A stretch of 64,000 nucleotides of DNA from Candidatus Berkelbacteria bacterium (GCA_016432625.1 CP066697.1:392409-456408), one strand, 5' to 3'; positions 54,338 to 63,675 are shown, counted from the stretch's first letter. A program made the numbers and translations. The notes: generated by a model not told the origin, from the sequence alone.

Positions 54338-55207
54338 ATGGAAAACCCCTTCATCATTCTCTGGGAGTGGACCTTGGGTTGGCTTAAAAGGCTCGCCCTC
54401 TACCGCTTCCCGGACCGAGTCGATTTCGCTTTCGGAATGTTCACTACATTCATCGTCCTACAACTGATCCTCGGCCGGTATGGCCTTTTCTACCTGCTCA
54501 GCTGGTGGCCAGACGCCCAACGGGTTCAGTTCGAGAACACCCCTCTTGCCTACTTGGGCTGCTTCCTCGCCTTCCATATGGGCGTGGCCTTCTTCGAGTT
54601 TGGATTCCACCGGTACATTCTTCATAAGGTGTTCTGGAGATTTCTCCAAGGATTAGCCCGGAAGCATCGCAAGCATCACGGCTTAACCTACGGTGACGCC
54701 TACCCGATCACCGAGCCAAAGCAGATCGAATCCTCGGCGTTCCCCGCGTGGACTTTGGCGGCCTTCTGGGGATTCTTCGCCGTCGTGGCGTTAATCCCCT
54801 TGCAGCTCATCTTCCCCTCCCTGCCGTGGCTCATCAGCGGCGGGGCGGCGGTTGCGTGGTCGTACTGGCTTTACGAGGTGAAGCACGCCGTAGAGCACCT
54901 CGACTACGACAGGTGGTGGAAGTGGTGCGTTGAGCGATCCGATCGCCTTGGTCAAGTGGCAAAAAAAGTCTATTGGTACCACCGGATACATCACTTTATC
55001 CCTGAGATAAATGAAGCAATCGGCGGATTTATGGGCTTTGACTTCCCCGGATGGGTGTTCCGAACCAGCTTCGTTCCTGAACACATTCCGGCGGTTGGGG
55101 CCAAGTTTGACCCTAGCTCGTTCAAGTACCCGCCTCCACGTTGGCCGGTTAACGTGCTCGACAAGGTAGTTGACGCTCGTGAAAAACAGCTTCAAGGAAG
55201 AGCATGA
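54338..55207 (+). CDS. Fatty-acid hydroxylase/sterol-desaturase-superfamily integral membrane protein
   Basis: Histidine boxes HRYILH, HRKHH, HAVEH, HRIHH. AGGAG RBS before the ATG at 54338. Confidence 0.65.
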   Translation: MENPFIILWEWTLGWLKRLALYRFPDRVDFAFGMFTTFIVLQLILGRYGLFYLLSWWPDAQRVQFENTPLAYLGCFLAFHMGVAFFEFGFHRYILHKVFWRFLQGLARKHRKHHGLTYGDAYPITEPKQIESSAFPAWTLAAFWGFFAVVALIPLQLIFPSLPWLISGGAAVAWSYWLYEVKHAVEHLDYDRWWKWCVERSDRLGQVAKKVYWYHRIHHFIPEINEAIGGFMGFDFPGWVFRTSFVPEHIPAVGAKFDPSSFKYPPPRWPVNVLDKVVDAREKQLQGRA

Positions 55208-55253
55208 AAGAAGAGCTTCCGAAATTCTGTAGTGACCGTACGTCAATGAACTC

Positions 55254-55280
55254 CACGACCCCGCCCACAAGCGGGGTCGT
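55254..55280 (+). terminator. Terminator after the hydroxylase gene
   Basis: CGACCCCGCccacaaGCGGGGTCG. Confidence 0.5.
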
Positions 55281-55656
55281 ACCATATTACAAAAGAATAA
55301 ACGCTAAAATGTGTATACTAATAATGAGTCCTTTCGGGGGCTCGCAGAGAGACGGTCTGTCTTCTCTGGGTTAGGGATCGTGTCCGCGTTCGTGATCGGT
55401 CCGTTGTCCGTTTTGATAAGTTAGAGCGTACCTGGCAACAATACGTGACCGTGTTCGTCGATAGTTGCTCGTTTGTTCGTTAAGTTTTGGGATTGTTGCT
55501 TGAGCCCAGCTACAACCCTGTCGTGGGGCAAATGGGTTCCCGTTTTGCTAGCGGAGTTTGCGCTTCGTAATGAACCTTGTTGATCACAAGTGTTCAGCAC
55601 AACCTTGGTACATACACGACAAAGAAGTCCTCGACACGCAAATGTCGAGGCTTCTT

Positions 55657-56049
55657 TTAATCCTTCAGGATTTTGGGGATTTCCGATTGCGGTACTTTAC
55701 GAACTTCAATCTTGGCCTTTCCCTGTGAACTAGCCTTCATCAAACGGTGCAGACCATCCAAAATCAGCCAACGCCCCCGCCAGTGCATGATGTCAATTGG
55801 ATGCGATAGATCAGCCTTCTGCGTCCGGTCGTACTCGCCTTGGTATTTTTTAGGGTTTTTCAACACTTCATCGGGCTTCAGGTTGTAATATCCATCCGGC
55901 TTCGTCCACAGAAATGGAACGTCGAAATGCCAAACTAACTCGTCTATATCCATTTCTTCGACTGGAAGATCGAGTGCCCAGACTTTCTTTTCGTCCCAGT
56001 CAAAATCAAACCCAACTTCTTTAATAATTTTCGGTGGTTGCCTGCTCAT
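55657..56049 (-). CDS. ParB/sulfiredoxin-fold (ParB-N-like) domain protein, hypothetical
   Basis: RWLILDGLHRLMKA resembles the ParB-N DGxHR motif. Confidence 0.35.
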   Translation of the reverse strand: MSRQPPKIIKEVGFDFDWDEKKVWALDLPVEEMDIDELVWHFDVPFLWTKPDGYYNLKPDEVLKNPKKYQGEYDRTQKADLSHPIDIMHWRGRWLILDGLHRLMKASSQGKAKIEVRKVPQSEIPKILKD

Positions 56050-56507
56050 CAGTCACCCACAACGCCGCCCATAAAACGGGCTTCGTAAACTAAACCGTCC
56101 TTGAAATGTATCTGCTCCATACCATCAAAGCGCTCAACACTTCCTTCGGTTTTGTTACTGTATCGCCAGTCACCTTCTACTAACAATCCCGGTCCCCTGA
56201 AAGGTCTATCTTCGGGCATCTTCATTAGAGCTCGTTTCAGGAATCCATAAAGCTCGCCAACATTGACGTCGCTATCGAGCGGGTAGCCGTAGTACGTCAT
56301 TATCCAAATCGGCACGTTTTTTAGCGATACGATATCGCGGCCGCCAAATTTCACTCCGCCGACCCAACTGTCGTGGAATCTCCAGTCGCCACGTTCGTAG
56401 ATAATCGTTTCCGAGTTGTCAGAATTTTTTAGAATCTTTGTGGATTCATTTCCATAACCATTCTTATTGGCCTCAAGCAAAAATACCCGGAGTTCTTCGA
56501 TGTTCAT
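56049..56507 (-). CDS. Hypothetical protein (152 aa)
   Basis: Operonic with ATGA-type junctions. No motif. Confidence 0.35.
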   Translation of the reverse strand: MNIEELRVFLLEANKNGYGNESTKILKNSDNSETIIYERGDWRFHDSWVGGVKFGGRDIVSLKNVPIWIMTYYGYPLDSDVNVGELYGFLKRALMKMPEDRPFRGPGLLVEGDWRYSNKTEGSVERFDGMEQIHFKDGLVYEARFMGGVVGD

Positions 56508-57043
56508 AATGACTCAAAATTTATCGCGTTTTTTACACTCTCTGTTTCTTCCGGCGTCAGTAGCCTCGTTATTTTCGCTACTTCCTCGGGGTCTGGCAAT
56601 CCAATCCCAGAACCGTTTTCACGGGTATATAACGTAACGTGTGTTGGCTGGTTGAGAAAATCCATCCCGAGTGCTTGACGCATACCGTCGAAAAATTCCT
56701 GCAAGTTTTTTGCTTGGCACATCACGACGACAGTCTTCTTGTCCCGCTCTTCAGCCAATCGGAACTCGTCTTTGAACTGTTCAATTGAAATCGGAAACTG
56801 TTTTAACAATCGACTAGCTTCTTCTAAAATCGTCTGCTCGGCGTCCTCTTCCGAAACACCTTTAAGCTGAGCCATTTCTGGCGCGTACTTTTTGACACAA
56901 AAAATACTCATATGGAATTCCGATTTTTTAACTAATGTTTCGCCATCAATTTCTAATGTCGACGCAATTAGAGGCGTCTCATAAGGCAAGCCCACATAGC
57001 CCCCTGCATAACGGTATCCAGCAAGAAGGTTCTCGCTAGCCAT
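56504..57043 (-). CDS. 2H phosphoesterase superfamily protein (LigT/2'-5' RNA ligase-like)
   Basis: Two H-x-T/S-x motifs: FHMSIF and THVTLY. Confidence 0.5.
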   Translation of the reverse strand: MASENLLAGYRYAGGYVGLPYETPLIASTLEIDGETLVKKSEFHMSIFCVKKYAPEMAQLKGVSEEDAEQTILEEASRLLKQFPISIEQFKDEFRLAEERDKKTVVVMCQAKNLQEFFDGMRQALGMDFLNQPTHVTLYTRENGSGIGLPDPEEVAKITRLLTPEETESVKNAINFESL

Positions 57044-57572
57044 TTAAGTAACCTTTTAGATTCGTAGCCGCAATATTGCGCATACTAAAAGAATTCTTCT
57101 CCTCTTGACCCATTTCGGCGAATGTTTTGTCACGGCCATCTGGACAAAAAATTGGGTCCCAGCCAAAACCTGTCTCGCCGCGCGGCGCAACGATTGTCCC
57201 TTCAATCACTCCTTCAAAATACTCAATCTTGCCACCTTCCGAAGCGTAGCCGATAATCGTTTTGGCTTGAGCTTTGGCGTTGCCGAGTTTCGTAGCAATT
57301 TCGGCCAAACCGTCATTGCCAACAGTTTTCAAAAACCATTTAATCAAAGGTCCGGGTAAACCCTTCAAACAATCGAGATAAAGCGAAGTATCTTCGACAA
57401 TAAATCCGGCTTTTTTATGTTTTAGAGCTTCTTCTAATTTTGCTTTAATTATTTCGTGCGCATCGATGTTTTGAATCTCCGGCAGGTCAATGTCCATTTG
57501 TTCAACGTCGGGAATAATAGATTTAATTTCTGCAAATTTATTGGCGCTGCCTGTAATGAAAAATAAGGCCAT
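57036..57572 (-). CDS. rdgB: Non-canonical purine NTP pyrophosphatase (RdgB/HAM1)
   Basis: FFITGSANKFAE, EDTSL, GFGWDPIF. Start set at MALFFITGS. Confidence 0.75.
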   Translation of the reverse strand: MALFFITGSANKFAEIKSIIPDVEQMDIDLPEIQNIDAHEIIKAKLEEALKHKKAGFIVEDTSLYLDCLKGLPGPLIKWFLKTVGNDGLAEIATKLGNAKAQAKTIIGYASEGGKIEYFEGVIEGTIVAPRGETGFGWDPIFCPDGRDKTFAEMGQEEKNSFSMRNIAATNLKGYLNG

Positions 57573-57991
57573 CAAAACTCCGTTAGCTCTATAAGCGTTT
57601 CGGGTGTAGTGCTGTAGTCGCGGTACCTCAACCATTCGGGGGTAACTTTAAAATATCTGGTTTCAGGAATATCGAAGAACTTACTTGCTCCCGGGTTCTT
57701 TTTGACAAAAATATTTTTCAGCTCCTCCATCTCTTCACCATCAACTTCCGTCGCTACCCCTTCGTACTGGACCGTAGCGTCCTCCCAGCCAATGACCACC
57801 GCAACGTTAGGATTGGCCTTGAGGTTTGGGTATTTGCGATAGGTTGAGAACGTATCAAAGATCAGCTCGAAGTTGTCAGTTTCGGCAAACTCAATCGCGG
57901 CAGCTTCGGGTTTGCCTGTCTTTGACGAAGTAGCCAAGACACAAACTTGATGACGCTTTATAAACTCCAGAATCTCTATTTTTGTTTTCAT
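57572..57991 (-). CDS. Pyridoxamine-5'-phosphate-oxidase-like FMN-binding split-barrel protein
   Basis: CVLATSSKTGKPEAAAIEF...VAVVIGWED is the PNPOx-fold pattern. Confidence 0.6.
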   Translation of the reverse strand: MKTKIEILEFIKRHQVCVLATSSKTGKPEAAAIEFAETDNFELIFDTFSTYRKYPNLKANPNVAVVIGWEDATVQYEGVATEVDGEEMEELKNIFVKKNPGASKFFDIPETRYFKVTPEWLRYRDYSTTPETLIELTEF

Positions 57992-58005
57992 TTTCCAAAT
58001 TTATT

Positions 58006-58728
58006 TCACGAAGCAAGCTCTTTGAGCTGGGTAGGTATCCCAGACTTATTACCAATTTTTTGAGATAGGTTAATCATTATTTTTTGCAGCACATCGCTTA
58101 CCATCACCAGTTCCTCTTTACTAATAACTACCTGGTCACTATGAGCGGCTGCAATACGTTTTGCATATATCTCCCGCAGTTTCTCTTGGTTGAAGACTTT
58201 ATATTTATCCTGAATATCTTGTGTGAATAGTGAGAAATCAAAAAATTCTTTTTGGCTTATACCAAGCACGTGCTCGTAGTCTTGCAACCTACTCTTCAAG
58301 TCTTTTTTTGAAAACACCTTTAGATAATTTGTTACGAGTGAGAGGAGAGGTTCGGTTGGAGAAGAATGTCTTAATGCAACCTCCATACTGTCCTCCAGGA
58401 ATGCATCGAATATGCCGCACATCATTACTAGGCTGTAATTATAAACCCATGAGAGGTAGCGAGCAGCTTTATTAAGGTTTGTAAAATATTGCTCTTCTAT
58501 CTTTGCGTACATCCTATCTATATCATCCTCAGTAGGAGGCTTCAGAAACATTTTTGGGTTAGAGAGGATCTCTTTTGTCGTCTCTCGCAGCTCGTCGGTC
58601 ATTTCTTTAGCTATGCACATTTGCGCGTGTGGGGTTAACGCATGATTTTCTACGCGATTGACAAACTGGTAACATTCTACAATCCTTTTAATGTAATCTA
58701 ATTCTTTAAGCATAGGGTCGCAAGACAA
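58006..58728 (-). CDS. Hypothetical protein (240 aa), AT-rich, possible HEPN-like Rx4H motif
   Basis: No clear family. KRIAAAHSD contains R-x4-H. Lower GC than its neighbours. Confidence 0.3.
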   Translation of the reverse strand: MSCDPMLKELDYIKRIVECYQFVNRVENHALTPHAQMCIAKEMTDELRETTKEILSNPKMFLKPPTEDDIDRMYAKIEEQYFTNLNKAARYLSWVYNYSLVMMCGIFDAFLEDSMEVALRHSSPTEPLLSLVTNYLKVFSKKDLKSRLQDYEHVLGISQKEFFDFSLFTQDIQDKYKVFNQEKLREIYAKRIAAAHSDQVVISKEELVMVSDVLQKIMINLSQKIGNKSGIPTQLKELAS

Positions 58729-58778
58729 AAAGCCCCGCGGTGAGGCGGGTACTTTTTGTGTTCATTCTTTGAATTCTC

Positions 58779-59168
58779 TTACTTTAGTTCGACAGTCGCG
58801 CCGGCTTCTTCGAGACGTTTCTTGGCAGCTTCGGCGTCGTCTTTCTTCATCATGCCGAGCTCCTTAGGAGCGGCATCGACGAGGTCTTTAGCTTCCTTCA
58901 GCCCAAGCTCCTGTTTGATTTCGCGAACAGCCTTAATGACCGCGATCTTTTGATCGCCGGAAGCAGCGAGTACGACATTGTACTCAGATTTTTCTTCAGC
59001 GGCCTCAGAACCAGCGGCGGCACCAGCGGCTGCGGGTGCGGCGCCAGCAGCCATAACTGGCATGGCGGAAACGCCGAACTTCTCTTCGACGGCCTTCACT
59101 AATTCGGACAGTTCCATTACCGACAATTCGGCGATCTGGTCAATCAATTTGTCTGTTTTATCACTCAT
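58779..59168 (-). CDS. rplL: 50S ribosomal protein L7/L12
   Basis: Ala-rich hinge. C-terminal domain [11 protein letters not shown]...[10 protein letters not shown]. Confidence 0.9.
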   Translation of the reverse strand: MSDKTDKLIDQIAELSVMELSELVKAVEEKFGVSAMPVMAAGAAPAAAGAAAGSEAAEEKSEYNVVLAASGDQKIAVIKAVREIKQELGLKEAKDLVDAAPKELGMMKKDDAEAAKKRLEEAGATVELK

Positions 59169-59904
59169 TATTCTCCTTTACTTCTTCCTTATTATTAACT
59201 TCTTCATCCTGAGCGGAGTCGAAGGATTCTTTTTCTTCTTTAATCTCACTTTCTTCTGTGGATACTTCTGCATTTTCTTCGCTAGTTTGTGCAGGAGTCT
59301 CTACAGTTTCAGTTTCTTCTTTTGGTTGCCCTGATTCAGCATTAGCTGCTTCTGTAACTTCTGTTTTTGCTTCCTCCACAACTGGCGAAGCCGGTTGTGA
59401 ACTCTTAACTGCCTCGACCACAAAAGCAAATTTCTGCATCGGATAATTCAAAGAATATGCTAGCGATCCGATTAAACCGCCAAGGCGGCCGACCAACTGT
59501 GCTTGAAGAGTCTCTTTGTTTGGCAGTGAAGCCAGTGTTTTGACTTGGGAGGCATCGAAGAAACTACCATCGATCCAGCCCCCTAAAACTTCCAGCGCTT
59601 CGGTTTCTTTACCGAATTCAACCAAAGTTTTAGCGGCAGTTACTTCATCTTGGAAACCGTAAGCTAAGGCCAAGGTTTTTTCAGGGATGTCAATCTCTCG
59701 CCCCAGGCGCTTTAAAATTAGGCGCAGCAGGTTGTTGGAAAGCATTTTGATCTTGCCGTTTTGCTCGAAAGTTTTAGTGCGCAGTTCGTCGTTAGCTTTC
59801 ATATTAAGCTTGGTGTAGGCAACGATCAGGGCGACACGTGACTCCTGCAGGTCGGTGACCAGCGATTCAACTAAAGCTTCTTTTTGGGCTCTCACCAGTG
59901 GCAT
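59161..59904 (-). CDS. rplJ: 50S ribosomal protein L10 with a ~70-aa acidic C-terminal extension
   Basis: [42 protein letters not shown]. Overlaps rplL. Confidence 0.8.
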   Translation of the reverse strand: MPLVRAQKEALVESLVTDLQESRVALIVAYTKLNMKANDELRTKTFEQNGKIKMLSNNLLRLILKRLGREIDIPEKTLALAYGFQDEVTAAKTLVEFGKETEALEVLGGWIDGSFFDASQVKTLASLPNKETLQAQLVGRLGGLIGSLAYSLNYPMQKFAFVVEAVKSSQPASPVVEEAKTEVTEAANAESGQPKEETETVETPAQTSEENAEVSTEESEIKEEKESFDSAQDEEVNNKEEVKENNE

Positions 59905-60029
59905 GGATTGAAAATCTCCTTATATACGAAGCAAGGAGAACTTTGGTTCTGCCCTCGGTAGGATTTACGGCTTGGGGCAGGCTGCCCGGCCACCTACTTT
60001 CTTCGTAGCTAAGGCATTGTCGCAAAAAG

Positions 60030-60560
60030 TTAGTTCAGGGTCAAGATGGCGTTAAGGTGTTCGGCGCCGATACGGCCCGGGAAAAAAGCTTTGAAATAAC
60101 CACCGCGTATATAATAGGTAGCGGGCATCGTCGCGAACCAGGCCTTCGAGGTTGCGCCCTCAGCATCGTAAAGTGTTTCAAAGGTGAGGTTATATTTCTT
60201 GAGTGCCTCATCAGCCTGCTCTTTATTATTTTTAACATTAACGTAGACGACGTTAATGTCTGGGTGTGCCGCAGCGAACGCACTAATGACGGGCAGGCCG
60301 ATGGCACACTCGCCGCATGTCGCATCCCAAAGTGTGATGAGAGTTTTATCAGGCACGGAGGAATCAATTGTCACGATCTTACCGTCGCCGTCCTTCAGTG
60401 TGACAGGCTTAATTGCCTCATTAACTAAGTACGGCTTGATTAATTCGCTGGCTTTTTTGTTATCGGTATAGCTTGGGCCAGTGTTAAAGACCGAGAGCCC
60501 AATTGCTATGGCAATAACTACCAGCAAGAAACCAATCGGCAGGATTAACCGCCGCGTCAT
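60030..60560 (-). CDS. TlpA/ResA-like thiol-disulfide oxidoreductase, membrane-anchored
   Basis: N-terminal TM. WDATCGEC CxxC motif in a thioredoxin fold. Confidence 0.65.
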   Translation of the reverse strand: MTRRLILPIGFLLVVIAIAIGLSVFNTGPSYTDNKKASELIKPYLVNEAIKPVTLKDGDGKIVTIDSSVPDKTLITLWDATCGECAIGLPVISAFAAAHPDINVVYVNVKNNKEQADEALKKYNLTFETLYDAEGATSKAWFATMPATYYIRGGYFKAFFPGRIGAEHLNAILTLN

Positions 60561-60563
60561 GAC

Positions 60564-61487
60564 TTAAAGCGAGTTTAGATCTATTGAAACGGAAGGGCTG
60601 ATACTGGCCGACAGATGAGCCGTCTCGATCCGTGATTTAGGTAGGGTCGCAAAAATTGCGCGAATGTTTTCCAGCAGTTTTGCGTCGTCCCAAGAGACTT
60701 TGCCAACAATTTGGTGAACTTGGTTCTGGGCGTCAATGCGGTACTCGACTTTGCCAGCGTTGATTTCTTCGATGGTTTTCTTTGGGTCGTTAGTAACCGT
60801 GCCGGATTTCGGATCGGGCATTTTGCCTTTAGGGCCGAGAATTTTGGCAATTTTACCAACTTTAGGCATCAACTCCGGCGAAGCTAAGGCGATATCAAAA
60901 TCAATCCTTTTGGTCTTGGCGATCTCTTCTATTTTGTTTTCATCTAGAACAATAATATTTTTTTGTTTGCCTGAACCGTGCGGCAGATGGAACAAGCCTT
61001 TCGGTGATTCAGAAACGACTTTGCCCTTCTTCTTGATAAGTTTTAGGTGCACCTCAATCGAGCCGTCAAATTTACTTAAAGAAACTTTCTTAACTAACGT
61101 CACTGCTTCGTCTAGCGGGTAACGCTTGCCAGCTTCGACTTGATTCTTTGCCTGGTGGTATTTTTTGGAGCGTAGTTTTGCCTTCTTAGATACGACCTTT
61201 TTACTCTCGGTTTTCTTAGCGCCCTTTTTCGTTGCCGGTTCGTTTAGTTCTTTGGCAATCTCATTGTCAGTATTAATCGCCGCGATCTCGGCAGGAATAT
61301 CAGCATCAACATCAGCGCCTTCCTCGGCCGCTAAGCCCTTCTCCGCCTCTTCGTCGGGGCTTGAAGCCGCCTCGTCTATCGAGGCTTCGCTGTGGTGGCG
61401 ACTTAAACCTTCGGCTTCCCGTTCGGAATCCTTCTCGAGTTCAACCGGATTATCGTCCTGTACTGTCTTGGTGTTTTTCTTTGGCAT
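60564..61487 (-). CDS. rplA: 50S ribosomal protein L1 with a ~115-aa N-terminal acidic/Lys-rich extension
   Basis: The core KRYPLDEAVTLVKKVSLSKFDGSIEVHLKL aligns with the uL1 N-terminus. The first 38 nt overlap pth. Confidence 0.75.
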   Translation of the reverse strand: MPKKNTKTVQDDNPVELEKDSEREAEGLSRHHSEASIDEAASSPDEEAEKGLAAEEGADVDADIPAEIAAINTDNEIAKELNEPATKKGAKKTESKKVVSKKAKLRSKKYHQAKNQVEAGKRYPLDEAVTLVKKVSLSKFDGSIEVHLKLIKKKGKVVSESPKGLFHLPHGSGKQKNIIVLDENKIEEIAKTKRIDFDIALASPELMPKVGKIAKILGPKGKMPDPKSGTVTNDPKKTIEEINAGKVEYRIDAQNQVHQIVGKVSWDDAKLLENIRAIFATLPKSRIETAHLSASISPSVSIDLNSL

Positions 61488-62025
61488 TGAATGTTATCGC
61501 TGATAGATTTTGTTCGTCAATTGATTGTATCAGGTAGGAAACCACTCGGTCAATGACAGAGCCTAACTCTTTTTCTTCCTCCTCCGTAAACGGCGCCAAG
61601 ACGTAATCAGCTAATTCTACAAATTTCGCGTCCCTGCCAACACCAACACGAATCCGCCAATATTCCGGGCCGATTGCCTCGTCGATGGATTTAATACCGT
61701 TGTGCCCTCCACTTGAGCCGCCAAGTTTCACGCGAACTTCGCCAAAAGGAATTTCGACGTCATCGTGGATGACCCAAATATCCTCGTGGTCTAAGCCGTG
61801 CTTTTGTTTGATTTTATTTGCGACAACTCCCGATTCGTTAACGTAGGTGAGCGGCTTCAAAATCTCAACGTCGCCACTCTTGAAATATTGGGCCGGTATA
61901 TAACCACCCTCGTTAAATTCCCCGTGGAGTTTGTGAACTAAAGCCTCAACAATCCGGAAACCGATGTTGTGACGGGTTCTGTCGTACTTACGGCCAGGAT
62001 TGCCTAAGCCAATTATTGCTTTCAT
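61450..62025 (-). CDS. pth: Peptidyl-tRNA hydrolase
   Basis: MKAIIGLGNPGRKYDRTRHNIGF. Confidence 0.9.
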   Translation of the reverse strand: MKAIIGLGNPGRKYDRTRHNIGFRIVEALVHKLHGEFNEGGYIPAQYFKSGDVEILKPLTYVNESGVVANKIKQKHGLDHEDIWVIHDDVEIPFGEVRVKLGGSSGGHNGIKSIDEAIGPEYWRIRVGVGRDAKFVELADYVLAPFTEEEEKELGSVIDRVVSYLIQSIDEQNLSAITFNAKEKHQDSTGR

Positions 62026-62106
62026 TTATTCGCGATCCTCCCCATCGCTTAAGAGGACGAGGATGCCGATAACGACAACTACGCCCACAATCACTAGGGA
62101 AAACAT

Positions 62107-62418
62107 TTACATACCTGGGAAGTTGAAGTCTTTTAAGATCGGCTGTAAACGCGCGGCGGACTCGCTCTGCGCTTTGGCCATCGCTTGGCCGATCGTGTCT
62201 TTAAGGTTGCTTTCAAGCTGATTTTTATTGCCAGCGTCGAGCGCCTCATCGGCGATAGTTATCTCGACTATTTTCATCTCACCGTTCACGATGACGCCAA
62301 CAGTACCGTCAGTGGAGCGGGCTTCGATCTCTAAATTTTTGAGTTGTTTCTGTACATCCTTTGCCTTTTTCTGCAATTGGTACATGTCTTTCATTTGTCC
62401 GAAACTTGGTAATGCCAT
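62107..62418 (-). CDS. ybaB: Nucleoid-associated protein YbaB/EbfC
   Basis: MALPSFGQMKDMYQLQKKAKDVQKQL...GLPFDPGM-like C-terminus (FNFPGM). Confidence 0.85.
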   Translation of the reverse strand: MALPSFGQMKDMYQLQKKAKDVQKQLKNLEIEARSTDGTVGVIVNGEMKIVEITIADEALDAGNKNQLESNLKDTIGQAMAKAQSESAARLQPILKDFNFPGM

Positions 62419-62485
62419 GAATTCCTTTCTTTGTTAGTAGTGCGCTCGCTTCTTACGAAATGCTAGGAGCAATTTTAGCATTTCC

Positions 62486-62572
62486 CTAAGCTTCCGTTCG
62501 GCAGTTGTCGATTGTCCACCGGACATTCGACATTTGCTGCCTCATCATCTGTCCGAAACTTGGTAATGCCAT
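62486..62572 (-). other. 28-codon uORF formed by a duplicate of the ybaB 5' end
   Basis: The 23-mer tgtccgaaacttggtaatgccat occurs at 62396-62418 (the ybaB start) and again at 62550-62572. The upstream copy encodes MALPSFGQMMRQQMSNVRWTIDNCRTEA*. Confidence 0.3.
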
Positions 62573-62599
62573 ATTTTCCTTTCTGAGTTAAAGCAAACT

Positions 62600-63592
62600 C
62601 TACCTGTAATTGATTTTACCTTGTGCGACGTGCTTTCGGTAGGCCTCGAGGAAAGGCTCGATCTCGCCGTCCAAGATATCTTGCACCGCCGAAGTCTCGT
62701 AGCCACTCCGCAGATCCTTAACCAACTGATACGGCTGTAAGACGTAAGAACGGATTTGGTTGCCCCATGAAGCTAAGACGGGTTCGCCGCGATGCTTTTG
62801 TTCTTCAGCTCGGTGCTTCTCGTCGTCGAGCAGTTGTAGTTTACCTTGTAGAATTTTTAAGGCCTGGTTTTTGTTTTGAAGCTGAGACCGTTCGTTCTGG
62901 CACGTCACAACGATCCCCGTCGGAAGGTGAGTCAAGCGTACGGCTGAGTCAGTAGTGTTAACGCCCTGTCCGCCGTGACCACCAGCTCGGTAAACATCGA
63001 TCTTTAATTCATCCGGTTTGATCGCTAATTCGCTGCGCTCAATTTCAGGTACTACTTCGACTAAGGCAAACGAGGTGTGCCTGGCCTTATCGGAATCAAA
63101 TGGACTAATGCGAACCAAACGATGCGTGCCATTTTCGCCTTTAAGCCGCCCATACGCTCGGAAACACTGAATGAAAAGGGTCGCGTTTTTAATGCCGGCC
63201 TCCTCGCCTTCGACACGATCAAGCAGTTGAACTTTGCAGTCAGCTTTTTCGGCGTATCGCATGTACATTCGCAAGAGCATTTCAGCCCAGTCCTGAGCTT
63301 CGGTACCGCCGGAGCCGGCGTGAACCGACAAGAAAGCTGAAGAATTGTCATGGGCGCCTGTGTACGTTGCTTCATCCTCAAGTTCCTCAAGCTCAGCTTC
63401 TGTTTCTGCCAGATCAAACCGCAAGATAATATCGTCTAAATGTTTCAGCTCTTGCGCGGTCTTGGCAGCACGTTCGTGATCCTCCCAGAATTTAGGATCG
63501 GCCATTTCCTGCTGAATTGCCGCCATCCGTTCACGCTTGGATGAGATATCTAAAATTGCGTCCAGTTCTTTTTTGCGATCGTCAGTGGCCAT
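62600..63592 (-). CDS. prfB: Peptide chain release factor 2, uninterrupted (no programmed frameshift)
   Basis: SPF tripeptide (RISPFDS). GGQ motif (HGGQGVNTTDSAVRLTHLPTG). Confidence 0.8.
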   Translation of the reverse strand: MATDDRKKELDAILDISSKRERMAAIQQEMADPKFWEDHERAAKTAQELKHLDDIILRFDLAETEAELEELEDEATYTGAHDNSSAFLSVHAGSGGTEAQDWAEMLLRMYMRYAEKADCKVQLLDRVEGEEAGIKNATLFIQCFRAYGRLKGENGTHRLVRISPFDSDKARHTSFALVEVVPEIERSELAIKPDELKIDVYRAGGHGGQGVNTTDSAVRLTHLPTGIVVTCQNERSQLQNKNQALKILQGKLQLLDDEKHRAEEQKHRGEPVLASWGNQIRSYVLQPYQLVKDLRSGYETSAVQDILDGEIEPFLEAYRKHVAQGKINYR

Positions 63593-63636
63593 GTGTTTAT
63601 TTTATCCTGTTACCTTTTACTTAAAAATGCCTAACA

Positions 63637-63665
63637 AAAAACACCCTTTCGGGTGTCTTTTGTTT
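63637..63665. terminator. Bidirectional terminator
   Basis: AAAAAACACCCtttcGGGTGTCTTTTGTTT. Confidence 0.5.
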
Positions 63666-63675
63666 CTTGGCCTAG

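Noticed and set aside
62600-63592. Programmed +1 frameshift in prfB
   Set aside because: The ORF is continuous from the Met to the GGQ/SPF regions with no in-frame UGA, so no frameshift is needed.
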